Source: Deltaproteobacteria bacterium (GTDB taxonomy: Bacteria; Desulfobacterota; Syntrophia; Syntrophales; JAFGIO01). From it: 62,370 nucleotides of DNA. Under the pieces are notes generated by a model that was not told where the DNA came from, did no database searches, and saw only the letters and a list, made by a program, of their open reading frames with translations. The first letter of the stretch is position 1. Each line of letters starts with the position of its first letter. The stretch spans positions 1-62,370 of the forward strand of contig JAFGIO010000080.1 in NCBI GenBank assembly GCA_016929555.1, in the 5' to 3' direction. This document shows positions 9,861 to 19,764 of this stretch, piece by piece. The translations under genes and the position numbers were made by a program.

Positions 9861-11883
9861 AAGCGGAAGCATTATAAAAAAGGGGGCAACAACAAAAAGG
9901 AAGTCCCTGAAATGGGATTTTTTTAGAAAATGGATCTTTGCAGCGGGCTTTGTCCTGTCGCTGCTCACGATCTGTGTCGTTTTTATCGCCTTGCGCTCTT
10001 CGGGCAGTTCCGTTGGTTACCCGGTCTTTCAGAGAATAAAGAACACCTTTTCCTTCGCGGTATTGGGCAATCAGCCACATTTCTATGCCCTCAGGGGCGA
10101 GAAGAACGGGTTGAACCTGGTGATTACGGCAACAGACACGATCGAACTGTCCTACCGGGACGAGTTCGTGATCAAAAGCATCGATTCCGACGACATTTTA
10201 GAACGCGGCATCACTGTGGATTTTGAAGGTTCTGGCCGACGGAATGTCATGAGGCAACTCATAAAAGGCATTGAACTGGTCGATCAGGTTATTGGCCGGA
10301 ATCAGGGGGTACTGCAAACACGGCCGCACGAAACCATGAAGTTGAATGTCAGATATCGCGGTCGACTCATCGCCGCCCTGCCTGTCCACATCCTGATCAC
10401 GCCTCAGGACTGGCTGCGGTATGCGCGCAATGCAGACAATCGCATCAATCGGATAGCATACCTTCGTAGGGCCGCCGACATGAACCGGGAAGACGTATCC
10501 GTCAGGAGAATGCTTGCAGCCCTCTATGTGAAAGAGGCGATGGTGGGCGAAGCGATTGATCTCTATCGGGAAATCCTTCGCCTCAAACCGGATGATACCA
10601 TCGCATTGCGGGAACTTTCGTTGTGTTATATCCAAAAAGGGGACGCTGCCGGCGCCATTAGAATGGCATCGCGGGCACTCAGGACGGATTCTAAGGACCC
10701 GAGGACCTTGAATGCCTTGGCGATGGCCCACGGTATGTCGGGAAACTGGAAATTGGCTGTGGAAAGTTATCGAGCATCTCTGAAGCTGGAACCGAACGAC
10801 GCTACGGCGCAATTCAGGCTGGGAGAAGCCTATGAAAGGATCGGAAATGTAAAGCAGGCCATAGAGACCTACCAATCCGTTCTTACAAAGGAGCCCAATG
10901 CCCTATTCGCTATGATTGCCCTGGCAGACGCCAGCCTGAAAGAAGGCAGCTACGATGAAGCGATCCGATGGTACCGGGAAATCGTCAAGCGTCAGCCATC
11001 CAATGCAGCCGCCTATGCGAACTTGGGCCTGGCCTGTGGGGGGAAAAGACTCAGAAAAGAGGAGATGGAGAATTACAGAATCGCTTTGAAGCTGAATCCC
11101 CGCGATGCCGTGACAAGGTATAACCTTGCCGTTGCTTATGAGAAGGCAAACCAATATCAGAACGCACAGGATGAATATTCGAAGATCTTGCAGCAAAAGC
11201 CAAGTGATTTCGATACTGCCCGCAGACTGGCCGATCTGTATTTTAAAAACAACCGATACGATCAGGCGGTGCGTCTTTACGAAAGAATCGTAAAGAAATC
11301 AAATACAAAGGCATCCATTTATGCAAATATCGGCTATGCCTATGGAGAGTTGAAAAGGTACAGCTCATCGGCAGAGAACTACGAGAAGGCACTTCGCAAC
11401 GGCAACAAGGATCCCAAGCTGCTCTATAATCTTGCCTTTACCTATGGCAAATTGAATCGGCAGAAAGAAGCCATCGGCGTTTATGAAAAATTAGCCGCCG
11501 TCCATCCGACAGTAGAGGTTCTCAACATTCTCGCCCAGCATTACGTTACGGAGAAGCGGTACGAAAAAGCGATCACATCCTACAGAAAGTTGATCGGCCT
11601 CGAACCCCGCAAGGCAATACATCACATAAACCTGGGCCATGTCTACAGCCTGAGGGGGGATGTGGACGATGAAATTGCAGCCTATAAGGAGGCCTTAAAG
11701 CGGGATGCCGAGGATGACGGGGCTTATGCCAGCCTGGGGTACGCCTATGAGAAGAAGGCCCTGTATCAGGAGGCTCTCGAGGCCTATTTGAAAGCCTATG
11801 AATTAAATCCCGAACTGGATAAGGCAGCCCGACGGATAACACGGTTGAAGATCCAGATGCTGGAGCAGAGACACAAAGAATAA
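9853..11883 (+). CDS. membrane-anchored tetratricopeptide-repeat (TPR) protein
   Basis: One N-terminal TM segment, then more than 10 TPR-like 34-aa units with a recurring A..Y...L...P pattern. It overlaps the xerD stop by 8 nt. Confidence 0.85.
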   Translation: MVRSGSIIKKGATTKRKSLKWDFFRKWIFAAGFVLSLLTICVVFIALRSSGSSVGYPVFQRIKNTFSFAVLGNQPHFYALRGEKNGLNLVITATDTIELSYRDEFVIKSIDSDDILERGITVDFEGSGRRNVMRQLIKGIELVDQVIGRNQGVLQTRPHETMKLNVRYRGRLIAALPVHILITPQDWLRYARNADNRINRIAYLRRAADMNREDVSVRRMLAALYVKEAMVGEAIDLYREILRLKPDDTIALRELSLCYIQKGDAAGAIRMASRALRTDSKDPRTLNALAMAHGMSGNWKLAVESYRASLKLEPNDATAQFRLGEAYERIGNVKQAIETYQSVLTKEPNALFAMIALADASLKEGSYDEAIRWYREIVKRQPSNAAAYANLGLACGGKRLRKEEMENYRIALKLNPRDAVTRYNLAVAYEKANQYQNAQDEYSKILQQKPSDFDTARRLADLYFKNNRYDQAVRLYERIVKKSNTKASIYANIGYAYGELKRYSSSAENYEKALRNGNKDPKLLYNLAFTYGKLNRQKEAIGVYEKLAAVHPTVEVLNILAQHYVTEKRYEKAITSYRKLIGLEPRKAIHHINLGHVYSLRGDVDDEIAAYKEALKRDAEDDGAYASLGYAYEKKALYQEALEAYLKAYELNPELDKAARRITRLKIQMLEQRHKE

Positions 11884-11901
11884 GAAAGAAATGAGGGAAG
11901 A

Positions 11902-12768
11902 ATGTCACGGATAGAAATGGAGGGTTTCGAAATCGGCGCTGCAAGGGCGTTCATACTCGTTGCAGGTCCGTGCGTCATCGAAGACGAAAGCAAGACACGG
12001 GATATAGCGGTTTTTTTGAAGGAACTGACTATCCGTCTCGATATTCCTTTCATATTCAAGGCCTCTTATGATAAGGCGAACCGGACGGCCCTTGATGCCT
12101 ATCGAGGTCCCGGATTGATCGAGGGGTTACGTATCCTCGGTAAGATCAAGGATACATTAAAAATACCGGTACTTTCCGATGTTCATCGTTTTGAAGAAAT
12201 CGGACCCGCCTCGCAGGTGCTCGATGTCATGCAGGTGCCAGCCTTTCTCTGCCGTCAGACCGATTTTGTTATTGAGGTTGCGAGAAAGGCAAAGGTTGTC
12301 AATGTGAAGAAAGGTCAGTTTCTCGCACCCTGGGATATGAAGCATGTGATAGAAAAGGCACTCTCGGCAGGCAACGACAGGATCATGATAACGGAGAGGG
12401 GGACGAGTTTCGGATACAACAATCTCGTAACAGACTTCCGCTGTCTGCCCATTCTGAGAGAAATGGGGTATCCCGTGATATTCGATGCCACGCACAGCGT
12501 GCAACTGCCAGGCGGCGCCGGCGCGTCGTCCGGTGGACAGAGGGACATGGTTCCCACCCTGGCGAGGGCTGCGGTCGCTGCCGGTGTAGACGGCCTGTTC
12601 ATGGAGGTCCATCCGGATCCGGACCATGCCCTTTGCGACGGTCCAAACTCTTTGAGTTTGAACGATCTGCCGGACCTCCTCGCCATGCTGAAACGGATCG
12701 ATCGGATTGTCAAAAAACAGGAAGAAAACAGCGGGTATGTTCAGAACGGCGGTATATTCGATGGATAA
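11902..12768 (+). CDS. kdsA: 3-deoxy-8-phosphooctulonate synthase
   Basis: The LVAGPCVIE, FKASYDKANR and DATHSVQLPGG motifs are present. Confidence 0.92.
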   Translation: MSRIEMEGFEIGAARAFILVAGPCVIEDESKTRDIAVFLKELTIRLDIPFIFKASYDKANRTALDAYRGPGLIEGLRILGKIKDTLKIPVLSDVHRFEEIGPASQVLDVMQVPAFLCRQTDFVIEVARKAKVVNVKKGQFLAPWDMKHVIEKALSAGNDRIMITERGTSFGYNNLVTDFRCLPILREMGYPVIFDATHSVQLPGGAGASSGGQRDMVPTLARAAVAAGVDGLFMEVHPDPDHALCDGPNSLSLNDLPDLLAMLKRIDRIVKKQEENSGYVQNGGIFDG

Positions 12769-13294
12769 TGTCCTGTTTCAAAAAAAGATTGAGGCGATCC
12801 GCCTTTTCATCCTCGACGTCGACGGCGTACTGACTGACGGCAGGATTATCATGGATGACGACGGCAGAGAAATCAAACATTTCGATGTACGGGACGGCCA
12901 TGGTCTCAAACTCTTAAAGCGATACGGCATCGAGGCCGTTATCTTGTCAGGTCGCAAATCTGCTGTCGTGGAACACCGTGCCCGGGACCTCGGCATAGAG
13001 GAGGTCCATCAGGGAATCTGGAACAAGGTTGAGGTTTCGGAGTCGATCCTGAAAAACAGGAACCTTCAATATGACCAGATAGCCTTTATGGGGGACGATA
13101 TCGTCGATATTCCGCTCTTGCGAAGGGTGGGGTTCTCTGTTGCAGTTGCGGATGCCGCTGAAGAGGTGAAGCGGATCGTAGATTATGTTACCCAGAAAAA
13201 AGGCGGACGGGGTGCCGTGAGAGAGGTCTGCGAAGTCATCCTGCTGGCTCAGGACAAATGGGCCGATGTAGCTGCAAGATATGAATTGTATTGA
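12761..13294 (+). CDS. kdsC: KDO 8-phosphate phosphatase (HAD family)
   Basis: Contains the LFILDVDGVLTDG and GDD..D motifs. I chose the ATG at 12761, which overlaps the kdsA stop by 8 nt. Confidence 0.88.
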   Translation: MDNVLFQKKIEAIRLFILDVDGVLTDGRIIMDDDGREIKHFDVRDGHGLKLLKRYGIEAVILSGRKSAVVEHRARDLGIEEVHQGIWNKVEVSESILKNRNLQYDQIAFMGDDIVDIPLLRRVGFSVAVADAAEEVKRIVDYVTQKKGGRGAVREVCEVILLAQDKWADVAARYELY

Positions 13295-13419
13295 TTCGGC
13301 GAGACAACCTGTCATGAATCGACTTTACATATACCGGTTGCAGTGATATAAATTGGGGAAATTTTTTGTCGTCGCAAGGTTTGGTTTCGGCATGCATCTC
13401 GGGGATGGGTCATGTACGG

Positions 13420-13971
13420 ATGATACTGGATAGGAAGAAGCTGATTGCCACCGGCGCGGTTTTCCTGGTTGCACTTTTAACCGTCTGCCTTGCTTATTAT
13501 CTGAATAACCGGAAAGCCTCACAGGGGACAGCGTTGAAAATTGCCCCTGATCGTGTGGATGTCGAGGTAAAGGACGTATTTTATACGGAGATCAGCGACT
13601 CGGATGTCAAATGGGAAATCCGTGCCGACAGCGCCTCGTACCAGAAGAAGGAAAACCTCGCCGTTTTTAACAATATAGCCGTCAGGTTGCTTACGAAAGA
13701 CGGCAAGGTTCTCATGACTGGTGACCACGGAGAATTCGATACGAACAAAAAGGATATACGCATATATGGAAATGTGGATATCATGACAGAACGCGGGGAT
13801 CGGCTCAGGACGGATCACTTGAACTATTCTCATGGGGATCGAAGGATCTCCACCGATGCAGTCGTCACGATGGAAAATCCCAGGATGCGGGTCAGCGGAA
13901 AGGGAATGACCATGTCTCTGGACGATCGCGAGTTGCGTTTGTTGTCCAATATAAAGGCATCGGTTAAATGA
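13420..13971 (+). CDS. lptC: LPS export system protein LptC
   Basis: An N-terminal TM anchor followed by an OstA-like beta-rich domain. Sits between kdsC and lptA. The start codon is uncertain. Confidence 0.72.
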   Translation: MILDRKKLIATGAVFLVALLTVCLAYYLNNRKASQGTALKIAPDRVDVEVKDVFYTEISDSDVKWEIRADSASYQKKENLAVFNNIAVRLLTKDGKVLMTGDHGEFDTNKKDIRIYGNVDIMTERGDRLRTDHLNYSHGDRRISTDAVVTMENPRMRVSGKGMTMSLDDRELRLLSNIKASVK

Positions 13972-14546
13972 ATATTCTCAAACGTACCGGAAATGCGTTT
14001 CTTTGGAAAATAGCGGTTTGCGTCATCCCGGTGCTCCTGACTTCGAGCAGTGCATTTTCCGAGGAGCGAAGGGAGCGTCTTATTTTCGACAAGAACTTGC
14101 CGATTCAAATCGTATCCGATCGTCTGGATGCCTTCAGTGAAAAGAGGGTCGTTGTTTTCTCCGGCAATGCCACGGCAACCCAGGGAGACAGGGTCATTAA
14201 ATCGGACCATCTCTATTTGTTTTACAGGAATCGATCTCAGGAAAAGACCGAGAGAGACGCTGACCAACAGTTCGGTAAAAAAGGGGATCTCCAACGCATT
14301 GAGGCCAAGGGAAAGGTCAGCATCACGGAGGGAAGCCGAATCGTCACGGGGAACGAGGCCATCTATTATCAGGACGATCAGAAGATCGTCATGACAGGCA
14401 ATGCCGTCATGCGGGAAGGAGACAATACCATCAGGGGAGACAGGATCATTGTTTTGTTGAATGAAAACAGAGGCATTGTAGAAAGCGATCCGAACAAACG
14501 CGTGACAGCGACGATCTATCCGAAGGACTCCAGGGTAAAGAAATAG
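13968..14546 (+). CDS. lptA: LPS transport periplasmic protein LptA (OstA-like)
   Basis: Has a signal peptide and an OstA-like repeat-rich sequence. Its start shares an ATGA overlap with the lptC stop. Confidence 0.8.
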   Translation: MNILKRTGNAFLWKIAVCVIPVLLTSSSAFSEERRERLIFDKNLPIQIVSDRLDAFSEKRVVVFSGNATATQGDRVIKSDHLYLFYRNRSQEKTERDADQQFGKKGDLQRIEAKGKVSITEGSRIVTGNEAIYYQDDQKIVMTGNAVMREGDNTIRGDRIIVLLNENRGIVESDPNKRVTATIYPKDSRVKK

Positions 14547-14608
14547 AACTCCTGCAGACTGGAAACGGGCAGCCCTGGAGATTGATATTAAAGCGGATTG
14601 TATTTTAT

Positions 14609-15331
14609 ATGAGAGAACTGGCGGCAAGGCAGCTTGTCAAGATCTATACGGGCAGGAGGGTGGTAAACGGTGTCGATATAAAGGTGAAACCTGCTGAAGT
14701 TGTGGGATTGTTGGGGCCGAACGGCGCCGGCAAGACGACGACATTTTATATGATCGTCGGGCTGATCAGGCCGGATGCCGGAAAGATCCTGCTGGACGGA
14801 GAAGACATCAGTACTTGTCCCATGTATGTTCGGGCAAGAAAGGGGTTGAATTATCTGCCACAGGAACCCTCTATTTTTAGAAAGCTTACCGTCGAGGAAA
14901 ACATATTGGCAATACTGGAAACAATCGATATGAGCGATACACAGAGAAAACAGCGGCTGGAAGAACTTCTCGCTGAACTCGATCTTACGGGATTGGCGAA
15001 GAATCTCTCCTATTCGCTGTCGGGAGGAGAACGTCGGCGCGTGGAGATTACCCGGGCGCTTGTTACTTCACCGAAATACATCCTTCTCGACGAACCCTTT
15101 GCCGGGATCGACCCCCTTGCCGTTTCGGACTTGCAGAAGATCATCTTCAAAATGAAGGAAAAAAGTATCGGGATTATGATTTCCGATCATAATGTACGAG
15201 AAACGCTGGCCGTATGCGACAGGGCTTATATCGTCAATGAGGGCACCATTCTGGTAGAGGGCGATCCGGAAAAAATTGCGGGTAGTGAAATTGCCAGAAA
15301 AATCTACTTTGGAGAGGATTTCAGTTTCTAA
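14609..15331 (+). CDS. lptB: LPS export ABC transporter ATP-binding protein LptB
   Basis: Walker A GPNGAGKTT, signature LSGGERRR and Walker B ILLDEPF. I chose the internal ATG at 14609. Confidence 0.92.
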   Translation: MRELAARQLVKIYTGRRVVNGVDIKVKPAEVVGLLGPNGAGKTTTFYMIVGLIRPDAGKILLDGEDISTCPMYVRARKGLNYLPQEPSIFRKLTVEENILAILETIDMSDTQRKQRLEELLAELDLTGLAKNLSYSLSGGERRRVEITRALVTSPKYILLDEPFAGIDPLAVSDLQKIIFKMKEKSIGIMISDHNVRETLAVCDRAYIVNEGTILVEGDPEKIAGSEIARKIYFGEDFSF

Positions 15332-15345
15332 TAGAGCGACCGAAG

Positions 15346-16818
15346 ATGGCGACCTTTGAACTTCGACAGAATCTGAAATTATCCCAGCAGTTGATCATGA
15401 CACCACAACTGCAGCAGGCCATCAAACTCCTGCAACTCTCAAGATTGGAACTGGTGGACATGATCGCTCAGGAAATGGAAGAGAATCCCCTGCTTGAGGA
15501 GATTTCGCAAGACGAATATCCCGAAGACAAGGCCGTCGTTCAAACGGAAGAGATTCCGTCCGATGAAGATGCCGATTATAAAGCCCATGAACACACCGAA
15601 GAATTGACCGGTGAAGGTGACGGCAAAGCGGAATTCGATTGGGACAACTATCTTGAGGATTATGTCACTCAGGGTCCTGTCTACAGCAGGAAGGACGGCG
15701 AGGCGCCCAACTGGGAGAATATGCTGACGAAGAAGGCTTCCCTGACCGACCATTTGATGTGGCAGCTAACCCTTTCCCGGTTTTCGGAAGATGAGTTTAA
15801 GGTAGGCGAGCAGATCATTGGCAATCTGGATCAGAATGGTTATCTCAATGCGACCCTTGAGGAAATAGCGGAACAGGTAAAACTGGACGTGGTTTTCGTC
15901 GAGATGGTTCTCGGTAAGGTTCAAGACTTCGATCCTTCCGGCGTGGCGGCCCGCAACCTGCAGGAATGCCTGTTAATACAAAACCGGACCATGGGGGAAT
16001 CGAATCCCCTTGTGGAGGCAATCATTCGAGATCATCTTAAGGATTTAGAGGTCAAAAACTACAATTACATATCAAGAAAACTTAAAGTATCGATTCAGGA
16101 TGTCCTGGATGCTGTCTTGCTGATCAGTGTCATGGATCCCAGACCGGGAAGTATTTACAACGATGAGAGTGCTCAATCCATTATTCCCGACGTCTTCGTT
16201 TTCAAATCCGGAGATGAATACAAGGTCGTTCTCAATGAGGATGGTTTTCCACGGCTCAGGATCAGCAATTTTTACAAAGAGATGATGGGCAATGCCAGAA
16301 GCGGTGCCTCAAGAAGCGAAGACGCGGGGAGGAAGTACATCCGTGAAAAGGTTCAATCTGCTACCTGGCTTATTAAAGGCATTCAGCAGCGTCAGAAGAC
16401 GATTTTCAGGATAACGGAAAGCATCGTGAGGTTCCAGAAGGATTTCTTCGACAAGGGTATCCAGTATTTAAAACCGCTTGTGCTGCGGGATATTGCCGAT
16501 GACGTGGAGATGCACGAATCCACCATAAGCCGGGTCGTCACGAACAAGTACATGTATTCTCCACGGGGGATATTCGAGCTAAAGTATTTTTTCAGCAGCA
16601 GCATACAAAAGACAAGCGGTGATACCATTGCATCCAAAAGCGTAAAGGATTCCATCAGGAAAATCATTGGCGGAGAAAATCCGAAAAAACCGCACAGCGA
16701 CAGTGAAATCGTCGATATACTAAAGGCATCCGGCATATCGATCGCCCGAAGAACAGTTGCCAAATACAGAGAGATGATGGGTATATTGCCGTCATCCAGG
16801 AGGAAAAAATATTTTTAA
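15346..16818 (+). CDS. rpoN: RNA polymerase sigma-54 factor
   Basis: N-terminal LKLSQQLIMTPQLQQAIKLLQLS. C-terminal RpoN-box ARRTVAKYRE. Confidence 0.95.
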   Translation: MATFELRQNLKLSQQLIMTPQLQQAIKLLQLSRLELVDMIAQEMEENPLLEEISQDEYPEDKAVVQTEEIPSDEDADYKAHEHTEELTGEGDGKAEFDWDNYLEDYVTQGPVYSRKDGEAPNWENMLTKKASLTDHLMWQLTLSRFSEDEFKVGEQIIGNLDQNGYLNATLEEIAEQVKLDVVFVEMVLGKVQDFDPSGVAARNLQECLLIQNRTMGESNPLVEAIIRDHLKDLEVKNYNYISRKLKVSIQDVLDAVLLISVMDPRPGSIYNDESAQSIIPDVFVFKSGDEYKVVLNEDGFPRLRISNFYKEMMGNARSGASRSEDAGRKYIREKVQSATWLIKGIQQRQKTIFRITESIVRFQKDFFDKGIQYLKPLVLRDIADDVEMHESTISRVVTNKYMYSPRGIFELKYFFSSSIQKTSGDTIASKSVKDSIRKIIGGENPKKPHSDSEIVDILKASGISIARRTVAKYREMMGILPSSRRKKYF

Positions 16819-16956
16819 CCCCGCTTCTTTGAGAACTTCGAAGAGGGCCGAATCGTGGGTTGATTTTCATCGGATGGGGGTTAACTAAAAAAGCGAATTC
16901 ATGGACGAATTCAGACCGAGACATCGTCAGTTCAATGAAAACAGGAGGATATAAAC

Positions 16957-17499
16957 ATGAAAATATCGGTAACCTTCAGAAATACAGAAGGTGATGACTG
17001 GCACAAGGAATATGTGGATGATCGTTTAAAAAGGCTGAATAAATATATCGATGCGCCCGTAGATGCCCGTGTGGTCCTTTCCGTGGAAAAGTTCAGGAAC
17101 GTGGCTGAAGTCAATCTGATGGCAAATGGATTGAGCGTCAATGCGAAAGAAGAGGAAAAAGACATGTACTTGGCCATCGACAGCGCTGTCGAGAAGATCG
17201 AGAGACAGCTCAAAAAACACAAAGAAAAGTCAAGAGGCCATAAAAATAGTGCCGCCCGTGGCGACGTGGCAGCTGTGTCGTTACCGCCCGAGGAGGAAAC
17301 GGAGGATCCCGCATCGATCATTGTAGAAACAAGAAAGATGGTCCTTAAACCGATGTCTCTTGATGACGCTCTCATGGAAATGGAGACATCAAAAAATCGG
17401 TTTCTCCTCTTCCTGGATTCTGCAACGGAATATGTCAGTGTTATTTACCGGCGTGACGATGGGAAATACGGGCTGATCGAAACCCAAAAGCGGATGTAA
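16957..17499 (+). CDS. hpf: ribosome hibernation promoting factor (long HPF)
   Basis: 180 aa. The N-terminal sigma-54-modulation/S30EA domain begins MKISVTFRN, and a C-terminal dimerisation extension is present. Confidence 0.9.
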   Translation: MKISVTFRNTEGDDWHKEYVDDRLKRLNKYIDAPVDARVVLSVEKFRNVAEVNLMANGLSVNAKEEEKDMYLAIDSAVEKIERQLKKHKEKSRGHKNSAARGDVAAVSLPPEEETEDPASIIVETRKMVLKPMSLDDALMEMETSKNRFLLFLDSATEYVSVIYRRDDGKYGLIETQKRM

Positions 17500-17510
17500 A
17501 GGACCGATAC

Positions 17511-17975
17511 ATGAAGATTATGGACATGCTGAAGAAGGAATTGATCGTCGAAGACTTGATATCGAAGAACAAACAGGATGTCCTCGCGGAATTGTCAGAG
17601 GTGTTATTGACGGGCAGTGATATAAAACTGGATACGAATGTGCTTGTAAAGGTCCTTTTGGAAAGGGAAAAGCTTGGCAGTACCGGCATCGGTGACGGTA
17701 TTGCCATACCCCATGGGAAAATCGACGGCCTTGCTGACCTGATCGTTGCCTTCGGCAGAAGCATCGAAGGGATTGCCTTCGATGCCATGGACAACCGTCC
17801 TGTTCACATCTTCTTTTTACTCATGGCACCGGAAAATTCAGCAGGCGTTTACCTGAAGACCTTGGCAAAATTGTCGAAAATGCTAAAGGACGTGGAATTC
17901 AGAAAAACCTTGATGGCTGCGAAAACAAAGGATGACCTCTACGATGCAATCGCAAGGAAGGATGAGGTGTGCTAA
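17511..17975 (+). CDS. ptsN: PTS IIA-like nitrogen regulatory protein
   Basis: EIIA-Ntr family with the phospho-His motif GDGIAIPHG. Confidence 0.88.
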   Translation: MKIMDMLKKELIVEDLISKNKQDVLAELSEVLLTGSDIKLDTNVLVKVLLEREKLGSTGIGDGIAIPHGKIDGLADLIVAFGRSIEGIAFDAMDNRPVHIFFLLMAPENSAGVYLKTLAKLSKMLKDVEFRKTLMAAKTKDDLYDAIARKDEVC

Positions 17976-18005
17976 TACGGAGCACTTGCAAAACCAGGGG
18001 CTTTC

Positions 18006-18875
18006 ATGGATGGATTTACTTTGGGAGACTTGGTTGCCGGTTCGGAGGAGCGATTGGGAATCGTTGCAATGACCGGTTCAGTCCTCATGAAGCGAAAAAT
18101 CAACGATATTCGCGTTCGGCACCTCGGGGACTCCGCTGCCGAACCTAAGCCGTTTCCTGGCGGCGTAGTCATTATGGCACCGGGACTGCTTTCGGGTATA
18201 AAAGAATTACACAAGGAATGCCTCCAGGATATTTGCGAATCGAATCCATGCTGTGTTTTTCTGAGCCGTAATCAATATCCCCCCGACTCCTTAAAAAACC
18301 GTCTTCAAAGGCATGGCATTGCCCTTTTCACGTCATTCTACGATGAGCATATGCTGGAAAGCCGTCTGCTCGGACTTTTCAATGAAAAGCTCCATCAAAG
18401 GACGACCATGCATGGTGTCCTGGTGAAAAAGGCAATTCGAGGCATCTTGATCATCGGTGACAGCGGATCGGGGAAAACCGCCTCCGCCATGAAGTTGATA
18501 GAGAGGGGATATCGCTGGGTGGCGGACGATGTCATCCAGATAGAGAGAAAAGATCCCGAGAAACTCCATGGGAGCGGTCATGGATTGACGGGACGATTGA
18601 TTGAAATCAAAGGAAGGGGGATCGTCGATAGCCGTTCCGTCTTCGATTCGGCCTCCCTCTGTTCGGAAGCGGTCATCGATCTTGTTATAAGTCTTTCCAG
18701 AAAAACGGAAAGAGATGGCATCAACAGCCGACATCGCATGGGAAAAGCTTTCATCGAGATCTTGGGCATACGGCTGCCAAAATATACATTGCGTTCCTCT
18801 CGTTCTATTGATGAAACCGTTGACCGAATCGATTCAATCGTCTCCAGACACGGATGCAGTGGAGGCTTGCCTTGA
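18006..18875 (+). CDS. hprK: HPr kinase/phosphorylase
   Basis: P-loop GDSGSGKT followed by the signature region [10 protein letters not shown]. Confidence 0.85.
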   Translation: MDGFTLGDLVAGSEERLGIVAMTGSVLMKRKINDIRVRHLGDSAAEPKPFPGGVVIMAPGLLSGIKELHKECLQDICESNPCCVFLSRNQYPPDSLKNRLQRHGIALFTSFYDEHMLESRLLGLFNEKLHQRTTMHGVLVKKAIRGILIIGDSGSGKTASAMKLIERGYRWVADDVIQIERKDPEKLHGSGHGLTGRLIEIKGRGIVDSRSVFDSASLCSEAVIDLVISLSRKTERDGINSRHRMGKAFIEILGIRLPKYTLRSSRSIDETVDRIDSIVSRHGCSGGLP

Positions 18876-19738
18876 AAAATCTTCGGGTGGTCATCATCAC
18901 GGGTTTGTCCGGTTCCGGGAAGAGTACAGCGCTGCGTGCCCTTGAAGATATAGGCTTTTTCTGCGTCGATAATATGCCGGTGATCCTTCTACCGAAATTT
19001 CTCGAAATACAGTCCGATACCGCCAAAGACATTTCAAGGGTCGCCATGGTCATGGACATGCGTGAGAAGAGCTTTCTCGAAAAATACAAAAGGGTGTTCA
19101 ACCGTTTAAAGGAAAAAGGATACAAAATCGAAATTCTCTTTTTGGATTCCAGCGATGAGGTTCTGCTCCATCGCTTCAGTGAAACGAGACGGTTTCACCC
19201 GCTTTCCGTCAAGGGTTCCGTCATGGCCGGCATCAATCTGGAAAGGGAGAAGCTCGAACCCCTAAGGCAGATGGCCGACAAAATCATCGACACGACATCG
19301 ACCAACGTTCACCAGCTCAAAGATACCATCCAGAGACATTTTCTGCCTTCCACCACCACGAAGAGTCTTGTAATTCAATTGACCTCTTTCGGTTACCGTT
19401 ACGGGCTGCCGGCAGACGCCGACATCGTTCTGGACGTAAGATTTCTTCCCAATCCCTACTTTATCGAGGAACTGAAACGGCATGACGGACATTTCTCCGG
19501 GGTACGGGATTATGTTCTGAAATCAGAGGAAGGGAAGATTTTCGTCAAAAAACTCTTCGAGATGATGACCTTTTTGATTCCACTTTATGAAAAAGAGGGG
19601 AAAGCGAGGCTCAACGTCGCACTGGGATGCACTGGCGGGAGACATCGATCCGTCGTTATCGCCAATCGTCTCGGCGTCTATTTTTCAGACAAGGATTATC
19701 TCGTCAGCATCAACCACCGGGATATCGGAAAGGGTTGA
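18854..19738 (+). CDS. rapZ: RNase adapter protein RapZ (P-loop NTPase)
   Basis: [21 protein letters not shown] and C-terminal [10 protein letters not shown]. The start could instead be the TTG at 18872, which overlaps the hprK stop. Confidence 0.9.
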   Translation: MQWRLALKNLRVVIITGLSGSGKSTALRALEDIGFFCVDNMPVILLPKFLEIQSDTAKDISRVAMVMDMREKSFLEKYKRVFNRLKEKGYKIEILFLDSSDEVLLHRFSETRRFHPLSVKGSVMAGINLEREKLEPLRQMADKIIDTTSTNVHQLKDTIQRHFLPSTTTKSLVIQLTSFGYRYGLPADADIVLDVRFLPNPYFIEELKRHDGHFSGVRDYVLKSEEGKIFVKKLFEMMTFLIPLYEKEGKARLNVALGCTGGRHRSVVIANRLGVYFSDKDYLVSINHRDIGKG

Positions 19739-19764
19739 CTCCCGATTTTCTGGAAGACCCCGGT

